64,000 nt of DNA from positions 65,976 to 129,975 of the forward strand of contig JBAZMV010000005.1 in assembly GCA_041649635.1 (NCBI GenBank), in the 5' to 3' direction. Below the pieces are notes generated by a model, which did no database searches, was not told the DNA's origin, and saw only the letters and a list, made by a program, of their open reading frames with translations. Each line of letters starts with the position of its first letter. Position 1 is the first letter of the stretch. Shown piece by piece: positions 19,482 through 28,687 of this stretch. Source of the DNA: Dehalococcoidia bacterium. GTDB lineage: Bacteria > Chloroflexota > Dehalococcoidia > E44-bin15. Position numbers and translations under genes: made by a program.

Positions 19482-20315
19482 CTACAGTAACCTTTCGGCG
19501 TTGCCGTGGAGTATCAACTCCCTCGACTCTTTATCCATATCAACGGCGTCGATCTGTTTAAGCACCTTGCTCGGCGGCATCAGCGGATAGTCGCTGCCGA
19601 AGAGTATCTTATCGGCCCCGAAGATATTAGTAACATGTGTGAATATGTCGGCTGTATACAAGTAAGGCGATGCCGACGTGTCGACGTAGGTGTTCTTCAT
19701 CGCCTCTCTTACCTCCGGCATCAGGGCGTAGAAGGGCATGCCGCCGCCCCAGTGCGCCAATATGAGCGTCAGGTCGGGATAATGCAGGATCAGCCTGTAG
19801 ATCTTGTCCGGCGTGAAGGTGTATTTGCCGGGGTAGTCATGTCCGACGGGCTCTGATGCGTGGATGCAGAGCATGAGATTATGACGCAGAGCGATATCGA
19901 TGACCGGGTCGAGCACCGTCTCATCGCCTTTATCGAGCCCCTGGAATTCCGGGCGCATCTCGCCGATGCCACGGACGCCCGCTTTGATGCAGCGCTCAAG
20001 CTCGGCTATCCTCTCCCCGTCGTTCGTCGGCGGGAGCGAGCAGAAGCCGACGAGGCGCTTGGGGTATCGGGCGATGGAGTCGAGTATATGGTCGTTCGTT
20101 TCCTTAACCAATTCCAAACTGCTCCAGTTGGCGTTCATGACCACGGCGCGCTCGATGCCTTCCTCGTCCATCTTGGCGATGAGTCCGTCGCAGTCGGTTA
20201 TCTTTGCCTTGGGTTTGGCATAGATGCGGGCGAACAGCGGGTCGCGGTCTATGTAGCGCTCTCGGTTGTCGCTCATCTTGGAAGGGAAGATATGAGTATG
20301 AAAATCGATAATCAT
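19482..20315 (-). CDS. Amidohydrolase-2 family TIM-barrel metal-dependent hydrolase
   Basis: MIIDFHTHIFP N-terminus and HxH/D metal ligands. 277 aa. Confidence 0.6.
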   Translation of the reverse strand: MIIDFHTHIFPSKMSDNRERYIDRDPLFARIYAKPKAKITDCDGLIAKMDEEGIERAVVMNANWSSLELVKETNDHILDSIARYPKRLVGFCSLPPTNDGERIAELERCIKAGVRGIGEMRPEFQGLDKGDETVLDPVIDIALRHNLMLCIHASEPVGHDYPGKYTFTPDKIYRLILHYPDLTLILAHWGGGMPFYALMPEVREAMKNTYVDTSASPYLYTADIFTHVTNIFGADKILFGSDYPLMPPSKVLKQIDAVDMDKESRELILHGNAERLL

Positions 20316-20334
20316 GGTTAAATTGTAGAGAACA

Positions 20335-20760
20335 CGGGGATTAAAATCAATACGAGTGATATTTGTCGGAAGAGGTCGCAGACCGATGGAAGACCGAACC
20401 CCCTGCTAGTCCCCCACACGTTGGGGGACGTAAATTTATTTAGGGGACACCCCTAAAACCCCGTCAGGAGAGGAACTCTCCTGTACCTCTGTCATTTAGC
20501 TAACCTCTCTCGGAGAGAGGGCTATAATGTCGGTTTTGGCGCTCCACTTGGGCGTATCAGTTCCCCCTCTTTTGAGAAGAGGGGGTAAGGGGGTGTTCTA
20601 TTAAATTAATCTTCCCTCTCCCTCTGCAGGGAGAGGGTCAGGGTGAGGGTCGCATTTGTCATTGCGAGTCCTTCCAAGGTTAATATTATATGGAAGGATT
20701 CCATGATATCACGGTATATGGAAGGACGACGTGGCAATCTCGTTGCCAACATTCGTAGCG
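20335..20760. repeat. Large intergenic array of nested palindromic repeats in the divergent region between the amidohydrolase and tkt genes.
   Basis: Composite element B copy at about 20393-20490 and ccccctcttttgagaagaggggg. Also cctctccctctgcagggagagg and gtcattgcgag...-type long hairpins. Confidence 0.8.
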
Positions 20761-20851
20761 GTCGAGCCTTCAAATCCCTAGACAATCGAGCGTAATATAA
20801 TCTATAATCAAACGTGCATTACGGTATAGCAAATCGCCCCGGAGGAATTCG

Positions 20852-21679
20852 TTGACTCAGTTTCAGCCGTGTCCCGTTGAGGACTTACAAGAGAAAGCAA
20901 AGACGCTGCGACGCCATATTATCAAGATGATAGCAGCTTCGCAGAGCGGACATCCGGGCGGCTCGCTGTCTGCGGTCGAAATCATTAGCGCGCTTTATTT
21001 TAATGTTCTGCGTCACGATCCAAAGAACCCTGAATGGCTGGACCGTGATCGATTTGTGCTGAGCAAGGGGCACGCCGCGCCTGCGCTTTACGCCGCGCTG
21101 GCCGAGTGCGGATATTTCCCCGTCGATGAGCTGACTACTCTGCGCAAGATGGACAGCAGGATGCAGGGACACTGCGAGGTGGGAACCACGCCTGGCGTCG
21201 AGATGTCGACCGGGCCACTGGGACAGGGACTGTCCTTCGGCGTGGGATGCGCGCTGGCGGCACGCCTTGATGAGCGTGATTCCCGAGTATATGTCCTTCT
21301 CGGCGACGGCGAGCTGAACGAGGGGCAGGTGTGGGAGGCGGCCATGTCCGCGGCTCATTTCAAGATAGACAATCTCGTTGCCATCGTCGATCGCAACAGC
21401 ATACAGCTAGACGGATGGACGCACGATATCATGGAGACCGAGCCGCTGGCCCAGAAGTGGCGCGCCTTCGGCTGGCGCGTCAGCGATGTCGCGGGGCATG
21501 ACATCGATCAACTGCTGACGGCGCTGGAGAAGGCCAAGACGATAAAAGGCAAGCCGACCGTTATTATCGCAAGGACAATCAAGGGCAAGGGCGTCAGCTT
21601 CATGGAGAACAAGGCCGAGTTTCACGGCAAAGCCCCCACGCCGGAGCAGGCCGAGCAGGCGCTGAAGGAGCTGGAGTAA
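20852..21679 (+). CDS. Transketolase, N-terminal (TPP-binding) subunit
   Basis: GHPGGSLS...GDGELNEGQVWEA TPP motif. 275 aa. Split two-gene transketolase. Confidence 0.85.
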   Translation: MTQFQPCPVEDLQEKAKTLRRHIIKMIAASQSGHPGGSLSAVEIISALYFNVLRHDPKNPEWLDRDRFVLSKGHAAPALYAALAECGYFPVDELTTLRKMDSRMQGHCEVGTTPGVEMSTGPLGQGLSFGVGCALAARLDERDSRVYVLLGDGELNEGQVWEAAMSAAHFKIDNLVAIVDRNSIQLDGWTHDIMETEPLAQKWRAFGWRVSDVAGHDIDQLLTALEKAKTIKGKPTVIIARTIKGKGVSFMENKAEFHGKAPTPEQAEQALKELE

Positions 21680-21680
21680 C

Positions 21681-22628
21681 ATGGCAGCCGAAGCATCCAT
21701 GAGGGAAACGTACGGCAAGACGCTTGTCGAGCTGGGCAAGTCGAATCCGGACATCGTAGTTCTGGATGCCGACCTCTCTTCCTCCACGCAGACCAAGTTC
21801 TTCGCCAAGGAGTTCCCTGAGAGGTTCTTCAACTGCGGCATCGCCGAGCAGAACATGATGGGCATCGCCGCCGGGCTGGCCGCCTCGGGCAAGACGGCCT
21901 TCGCCAGCACGTTCGCGGTGTTCGCCACGTCGCGCTGCTTCGACCAGGTGCGCTGGTCCATCGCGCAGCCGTATCGTAATGTGAAGATCGTCGCTACCCA
22001 CAGCGGCATCACTGTGGGAGAGGACGGCGCGTCGCACCAGGCTATCGAAGATTTGTCTCTCATGTGCGCGCTACCCGGCTTCACCGTCGTAGTTCCCGCC
22101 GATGCCGTTGAGACGGAACAGGCGGTGCGCAAAGCAGCGGCGACGCTGGGCCCGTGGTACATCCGCCTGCCAAGGCTGAAATCGGCGCTGGTCTACGATA
22201 AAGATTATCGCTTCGAGTTGGGTAAAGCGGTGACGATGCGCGAGGGCAAAGACCTTACTATCATCGCCATGGGGCTCATGGTGGAGCGGGCTCTCAAGGC
22301 CGCGGAGGCGCTGTCGGGAGAAGGCATCGATGCCTGCGTGCTGAACATGCATACGCTCAAGCCTCTCGATGAGGACGCCGTTGTGAAAGCGGCGAAAGAG
22401 ACGGGCGCAATACTTACCGTCGAGGAGCACGTGCGCCAGGGCGGGCTGGGCAGCCGCGTTGCTACAGTGGTGGCGGAGAGCACCCCCATACCGATGTCTT
22501 TCATAACTATCGAGGACTGCTTCTCATCTTCGGGACAGCCGGAGGAACTGCTGGCAAAGCACGGGCTTACCGCGGAGAATATTGTGAAAGAGGCTAAGGC
22601 GCTGGTTAAGAGGAAGCATAAGTCCTGA
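21681..22628 (+). CDS. Transketolase, C-terminal (pyrimidine-binding) subunit
   Basis: Starts 2 bp after the N-subunit stop. Pyrimidine-binding and C-terminal transketolase domains. 315 aa. Confidence 0.85.
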   Translation: MAAEASMRETYGKTLVELGKSNPDIVVLDADLSSSTQTKFFAKEFPERFFNCGIAEQNMMGIAAGLAASGKTAFASTFAVFATSRCFDQVRWSIAQPYRNVKIVATHSGITVGEDGASHQAIEDLSLMCALPGFTVVVPADAVETEQAVRKAAATLGPWYIRLPRLKSALVYDKDYRFELGKAVTMREGKDLTIIAMGLMVERALKAAEALSGEGIDACVLNMHTLKPLDEDAVVKAAKETGAILTVEEHVRQGGLGSRVATVVAESTPIPMSFITIEDCFSSSGQPEELLAKHGLTAENIVKEAKALVKRKHKS

Positions 22629-22722
22629 CAGCAAATAGCATCTATCAAAGAATTTTTTCACCTCAACTTTTCAGCGAGGTGAGAACCGCCGCGACGCCAA
22701 GCGGAAATTATCTAAGGATAAG

Positions 22723-23314
22723 ATGAAATACCGTCCAATAAAAGCACATATTTTTCCATCGACTCTTGACGATATGCATAAGGGATGGATTAGAATTTCT
22801 GATGATTTGCGTGACGAAGTTGGAATTCAATATTTATCTTATGTACGGTTTCATGCGAATAATAGAAGGGTGTATTGCCAAGTCCGTGGTACACCGGGAA
22901 AACAAGGAAGAATAGAAATAAATGAGTGGTATAGAAAAGCGTTGGGTTGGGATGATCCTCCTTTAGAAGAGGTAGAAGTTAATATAGAGCCAGTTTCTAT
23001 TATGAGAAGGATTACTGTATTGTCTTATCATCCTGATGATGCTGTGCGTATAGGTGTAGCATTAGGATTAATCAGTGTTGGTCTAGGATTATTGGCTGTT
23101 ATGGCAGCGATTGTCGGTCCATTTATTCGTGCTATGGCGAGTGGCAATCAAATTCAAATGATTGGCGGCTTTGTAAGCTTAATATTGGCAACGGCCTTAA
23201 TGCTCTTCATAATAACATTCTCATTAGGACAAGGCTTTTTGGGCATTGTAAAATTATTTCCAAATACAATGGAATCCCCGAAGAAGTTCAGCAAAGAGTG
23301 GTTTAGAAGAATTA

Positions 23315-23325
<11 letters not shown>
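22723..23325 (+). CDS. Hypothetical membrane protein (orphan, AT-rich). A soluble N-terminal region of about 100 aa is followed by 3 predicted TM helices.
   Basis: Visibly lower GC than its flanks. Its 3' end overlaps the convergent proA stop by 11 bp. I recognise no family. Confidence 0.4.
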
Positions 23326-24580
<1,255 letters not shown>

Positions 24581-24584
24581 GATA

Positions 24585-24950
24585 TCAACCCCCTGTATTT
24601 CAATCCCCCTTGGTCCCCCTTTTGTAAAGGGGGATTTAGGAGGATTTTTGTAGGGGCAATTCATGAATTGCCCCTACGGGCGTTACCCGTCATTCCGGCG
24701 AAGGCCGGAATCCATAGCGGGCGAGGCGACCTCGCCCCTACATTTTGGTGGGCACAGCCCACCCTACGGAACGGTCATTGTGTAGGGGCAGGGTTTCCCT
24801 GCCCGAGAACGAGGGCGCAGCAAGCGGCGCCCCTACATTTTTAATCTGTCATTGCGAGCGAAGCGTGGCAATCCCAAAGATATTACGGAGATTGCTTCGT
24901 TGCCCTTCCATGACAGAACTACATAGAAGGACTCCTCGCAATGACAATAA
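24585..24950. repeat. REP-like palindromic repeat array filling the proB-proA intergenic region.
   Basis: Perfect 28-bp palindrome gtaggggcaattcatgaattgcccctac at 24650..24677. gtcattccggcgaaggccggaatcc, gcgaggcgacctcgcccctac and ggtgggcacagcccaccctac units. A 99-bp hairpin gtcattgcgag...ctcgcaatgac at 24848..24946. Confidence 0.85.
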
Positions 24951-24953
24951 ACA

Positions 24954-26078
24954 TTACAACACCACAATATTATCACGGTGCACGACCTCGTCGCCGTAGC
25001 CATGCCCCAGCAGGCCCTCGATCTTATCCGAGCGGGCGCCCTTTATCTTCTCGATATCGGCGGCGGAATAGTTGCTGATGCCGCAAGCTATCCGCTCGCC
25101 GGATTCCGTTGCAATATCCACCGCATCCCCGCGCTTAAAGCTGCCCTCCACCCCCTTCACGCCGGCGGGCAGCAGGCTCTTGTTGCCCCTGCTCAATGCC
25201 GCCGCCGCGCCGCCGTCGACGACGAGCTTGCCCTTCGTCGAAAGGCCGGAGAGTATCCAGCGCTTGCGGCTCTCTATCTTATCCGTCGCGGGCAGGAACA
25301 TGGTGCCGATGGACTCTCCGTCGATCAATCTCGGCAGTAAATCGGGCTCGCTGCCGTTGGCGATGACGACCGCCGTCCCCGATGCCGTAGCGAGTTTAGC
25401 CGCCTGTATCTTGGTGGTCATGCCGCCCGTCCCGCGCCCGCGCGTTCCGCCCGCCATCTTCTCGATATCCTTGTCGATACGTTTCACGACGGGGATCAGC
25501 TTGGCCTTCTTATCGATTGCAGGATCGGCGCTATACAATCCGGCGACATCGCTCATTATCACCAGCAGATCGGCGTCGATCAGATTCGCCACCATGCCGG
25601 AGAGATTATCGTTATCGCCGAAGTGCGCTCCCTCCAGCTCCTCGATGGCCACGACGTCGTTCTCGTTGATTATCGGCACCACGCCTAGCTCCAGCAGGAT
25701 CAGGAGCGTGTTGCGGGCGTTGAGGTAGCTTATGCGGTCGGCCAGGTCCAGCTTGGTCAGCAGCGCCTGCGCCGTGACGATGCCCTCCCTGCGGAACAGC
25801 TCCGTGTACGAGTTCATCAGCACGTGTTGCCCCACGGCCGCCATGACCTGCCGCATGGGTACGTCCTTCTTGTCTTTAGGCACCTTGAGGTATTGTTTCC
25901 CCGATGCCACCGCGCCGGACGAGACGAGCGCTATCTCCCGCCCCTGTTTCCTGAGCTCCGCCGCCTGTCGCACGATGCCGGCAATCACGTTCATGTCGAT
26001 GCTGTCGGTTCCGTTGGTGAGCAGGTTGGTGCCGAATTTGGCAACGATTCTTTTGTATTGTTTTCCCTGTTTAGCCAT
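24954..26078 (-). CDS. proB: Glutamate 5-kinase (with C-terminal PUA domain)
   Basis: MAKQGKQYKRIVAKFGTN... amino-acid kinase fold plus PUA. Start at 26078. The ORF-track start at 26093 adds 5 codons. Confidence 0.85.
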   Translation of the reverse strand: MAKQGKQYKRIVAKFGTNLLTNGTDSIDMNVIAGIVRQAAELRKQGREIALVSSGAVASGKQYLKVPKDKKDVPMRQVMAAVGQHVLMNSYTELFRREGIVTAQALLTKLDLADRISYLNARNTLLILLELGVVPIINENDVVAIEELEGAHFGDNDNLSGMVANLIDADLLVIMSDVAGLYSADPAIDKKAKLIPVVKRIDKDIEKMAGGTRGRGTGGMTTKIQAAKLATASGTAVVIANGSEPDLLPRLIDGESIGTMFLPATDKIESRKRWILSGLSTKGKLVVDGGAAAALSRGNKSLLPAGVKGVEGSFKRGDAVDIATESGERIACGISNYSAADIEKIKGARSDKIEGLLGHGYGDEVVHRDNIVVL

Positions 26079-26149
26079 ATCTGGAAACTCCAAGTTGCAC
26101 TATTATAACATAACGAGGAGTGGTGAGAAGGGGAGGGAGGTTTGTGTGC

Positions 26150-26986
26150 CTATTTACGTGGTGGGTTTGATTGGGACTTTTCGCAGAAAGGTACTTTCTC
26201 TTGAAATAGCTTTGATAGTTTCAAGAAGCTTATCATATAGTCTGTATCCCCCGTATTCACGAATTCCAATAGATACTCTAGAAAATCATATACAATTGCG
26301 CGCCAAGACGGAGTGCTAGCATTCAGACCTTCTTGCACTATCATTACACCAACAACTATTGTATTAGATAGAACCGAGCGCTGCTCAGGGAAATCTGGTG
26401 ATGGCTCAAGCTTAGTGATTGTGAAGAAATCTTGTAAACCATCATTTGCCATAGGGTGCACATGCATGGAGGCATAGTCATAGCCAAAGTCATAGAGAAA
26501 TCTCATGTCAAGTCGCTTGGCTACTTCCTCTGCCTTAGGGCGTTGCCAAGATGTAGGATTTTTTGACAGCGCTTTCGCCCGTTTCTTCTGCTCTAGAGTA
26601 AAGTTGAACCTTTTGCTCTTGTGTGCACCTTCGCACCACGGATCGCTTCGGACTTTGTTTATTGAGTTGTACTGTTCAAGGAATGACCATTTTTCAAATA
26701 CTTCAAACTGGTTATGCTCGTGTAAGTGACTTAGGTGGAAAAATCTATCCATAAGACAACGATATAATATCCAGCAATCTTGGTAGTCCTGCATATCCCA
26801 CAGATGGAATATTGCTTTCATCATCATGTCTGTTCGAGCAACGAAGTTGCAGAGGATGCTGTCACGAATTTCCTGTTCTTGGCGTGCGAACTCAAAAAGA
26901 ATCATTGCTGAAACAGCGTGGAAAGTTTCAAGAGCTTCCTTGTAAGATTCTACTGGCAAATAATGCTGTGCATCGAACTTTGGCAT
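26150..26986 (-). CDS. Hypothetical protein (AT-rich islet gene 2 of 2)
   Basis: 278 aa, mostly helical and Trp/His-rich, with good coding periodicity in an AT-rich stretch. I recognise no family. Confidence 0.45.
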   Translation of the reverse strand: MPKFDAQHYLPVESYKEALETFHAVSAMILFEFARQEQEIRDSILCNFVARTDMMMKAIFHLWDMQDYQDCWILYRCLMDRFFHLSHLHEHNQFEVFEKWSFLEQYNSINKVRSDPWCEGAHKSKRFNFTLEQKKRAKALSKNPTSWQRPKAEEVAKRLDMRFLYDFGYDYASMHVHPMANDGLQDFFTITKLEPSPDFPEQRSVLSNTIVVGVMIVQEGLNASTPSWRAIVYDFLEYLLEFVNTGDTDYMISFLKLSKLFQEKVPFCEKSQSNPPRK

Positions 26987-27021
26987 GTTTTATTGTTGCA
27001 GACCGAATCAGAAGGATGCAG

Positions 27022-27684
27022 CTAAAAGGCAGCTACATATTTGCATCTGCAAAATCCCTTTCTCTCACTATTCAATGTACGAGTGCAGTCTTTACAAGGA
27101 ATTGGCATGAGCCGAAGCGCTTCGTCAATAGTATATATTTTGCCATGTTGTTTCTGACAGCCTTCGCACGAGTTACCTATACCAGCAGACAGTATTTCTA
27201 CCTTTACAACATTAAGCTTTTTATATTGTAGTAGGTCCATTTTTGCAGCTTGTTCTAGAAGCGGTCTAAAATCGCGGTTTTCCTCGTCTAAAAATACAGC
27301 CATCTCATAGTTTAGGGTTTTCAGAGAATGAAGATCGCGTTTAATTGTAATTAGTCGGTTAAACAGGCTCCAAATTACATCTCTGTCTTTAGCTTCATGC
27401 CCGAACTTTTTTGTGAGTTGACCTTTTTCACGTTCGTAGTCTGTCTCTGAAGTACCGTATGAACTGAGTATTTGCATCCACTTTTGTCTGCTCTGGCTGG
27501 TTGCCCACTCAGTGTCGATTTCCTTGGCACGAGATTCAGTAACTATAACCCGTTCTCGTGTTGTAGGCAAAGTGCGTATGTACATAAAATTACCACAGGA
27601 AGGGCACTTGGCTTTGCGTTGCGGAGGTTTCTTTAGTGTGAAATTACAATATGGACAAAATGCGGAGGATTGTTCCATTGTCAT
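27022..27684 (-). CDS. Hypothetical protein with N- and C-terminal zinc-ribbon motifs (AT-rich islet gene 1 of 2)
   Basis: CPYC-x16-CPSC at the N-terminus. CEGC...C-x2-C...CRC at the C-terminus. 220 aa. 35 bp upstream of the 278-aa ORF on the same strand. Confidence 0.45.
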   Translation of the reverse strand: MTMEQSSAFCPYCNFTLKKPPQRKAKCPSCGNFMYIRTLPTTRERVIVTESRAKEIDTEWATSQSRQKWMQILSSYGTSETDYEREKGQLTKKFGHEAKDRDVIWSLFNRLITIKRDLHSLKTLNYEMAVFLDEENRDFRPLLEQAAKMDLLQYKKLNVVKVEILSAGIGNSCEGCQKQHGKIYTIDEALRLMPIPCKDCTRTLNSERKGFCRCKYVAAF

Positions 27685-27699
27685 TTTCTAAGCCTCCTT

Positions 27700-27900
27700 T
27701 TGTGATGGCACTATTATAGGCACGTATCCAATTTGAGTCAACGAACGCCCCCTTGGTTCTGTTGCTTCCCCCTCTTTAATCAAAGAGGGGGTTAGGGGGA
27801 GTTCGCATTCCCGTTATTGGCGCATTGTAGGGGCTTGATTAATCAAGCCCGTTCATGTCTTCCATCCCCGCTAAAAGACCAACGTGTTATGGACGCTTAA
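27700..27900. repeat. Palindromic repeat array (ccccctctttaatcaaagaggggg type plus REP-like unit).
   Basis: ccccctctttaatcaaagaggggg recurs at about 57842. gtaggggcttgattaatcaagccc hairpin. Confidence 0.75.
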
Positions 27901-27978
27901 AAATCCTTGACAACAGGTTGCGTTTGGAGTAGGATTACTCATCTTCCATGCCAGGGGAAAAACACAAAGGAGGTTAAC

Positions 27979-28419
27979 ATGAGCACGGTAAGAGACGTCC
28001 TCAACGGGAAAAGCGGCAAGGTGGAAACCATATCTCCCAAGGTAACCATTTATGAAGCCCTGGAAAAGATGGCCCAGAAAGACATAGGCGCTCTGGTGGT
28101 CATGGAGAACAAAAAGGTCGTGGGCATTGTTTCGGAAAGGGATTATGCCCGGAAAATCATCCTCAAGGGGAAGAACTCCAAGAAAACCCTGGTCAAAGAG
28201 ATCATGACTTCCAAGCTGGTTTCTACAAACCCCAATGCCAGCGTAGAAGAGGCGATGGTTCTGATGACGGGAAAACATGTTCGGCATTTGCCCGTCTTTG
28301 AAAAGAGCAAGTTCGTTGGGATCATTTCCATTGGCGATGTCATGAAATCAATCGTTTCCAATAAGGATTTTTTGATTGATCAATTGAGCGACTATATATC
28401 TGGGAAATATATTACTTAG
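27979..28419 (+). CDS. CBS-domain pair protein
   Basis: Two CBS motifs (...GALVVMENKKVVGIVSERD..., ...HLPVFEKSKFVGIISIGDV...). GGAGG RBS 6 nt upstream of the ATG at 27979. Confidence 0.75.
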   Translation: MSTVRDVLNGKSGKVETISPKVTIYEALEKMAQKDIGALVVMENKKVVGIVSERDYARKIILKGKNSKKTLVKEIMTSKLVSTNPNASVEEAMVLMTGKHVRHLPVFEKSKFVGIISIGDVMKSIVSNKDFLIDQLSDYISGKYIT

Positions 28420-28447
28420 GATCGACAGAATAAGACCGGGCACGAAA

Positions 28448-28479
28448 GCCTGCTACTAAATCAGTAGCAGGCTTTTTTT
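28448..28479 (+). terminator. Rho-independent terminator after the CBS gene
   Basis: gcctgctact-aaatc-agtagcaggc stem followed by ttttttt. Confidence 0.7.
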
Positions 28480-28489
28480 ACTGTCGGCT

Positions 28490-28640
28490 AACTGTTTTCA
28501 GAGGTAGATGGTGGATTTCGCGACCCGTCATTGGCGTATCGTAGGGACTTGATTGATCAAGCCCGCTCCCGTCGGGTATCGGACGCGATGAATCGCGCCC
28601 CTACGAGTTTGTTCCGTATATTCGTGTTATGCTACAATCT
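28490..28640. repeat. REP-like palindromic units upstream of mfd
   Basis: cgtagggacttgattgatcaagcccgctcccg and gacgcgatgaatcgcgcccctacg hairpins with GTAGGG/CCCTAC ends. Confidence 0.7.
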
Positions 28641-28687
28641 GGACAGGGCGGGTCAGCGGTGACCGGCCCTTTGGGCGTTTTGATTTT

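Noticed and set aside
20390-20760. Possible CRISPR array in the repeat-rich intergenic regions
   Set aside because: The repeats are palindromic hairpins of varied sequence without regularly spaced identical direct repeats and unique spacers. They look like REP/MITE-type elements, and no cas genes are nearby.
24581-24664. N-terminal extensions of proA (to 24664), proB (to 26093), mutM (to 56961) and polA (to 60651) offered by the ORF track
   Set aside because: The extensions translate palindromic repeat DNA (for example MNCPYKNPPKSPFTKGGP... from ccccctttgtaaaggggg). The conserved N-termini (MKSEATEL, MAKQGKQY, MPELPEVE, MSEQKKLLVLFDGNA) begin at internal Met codons.
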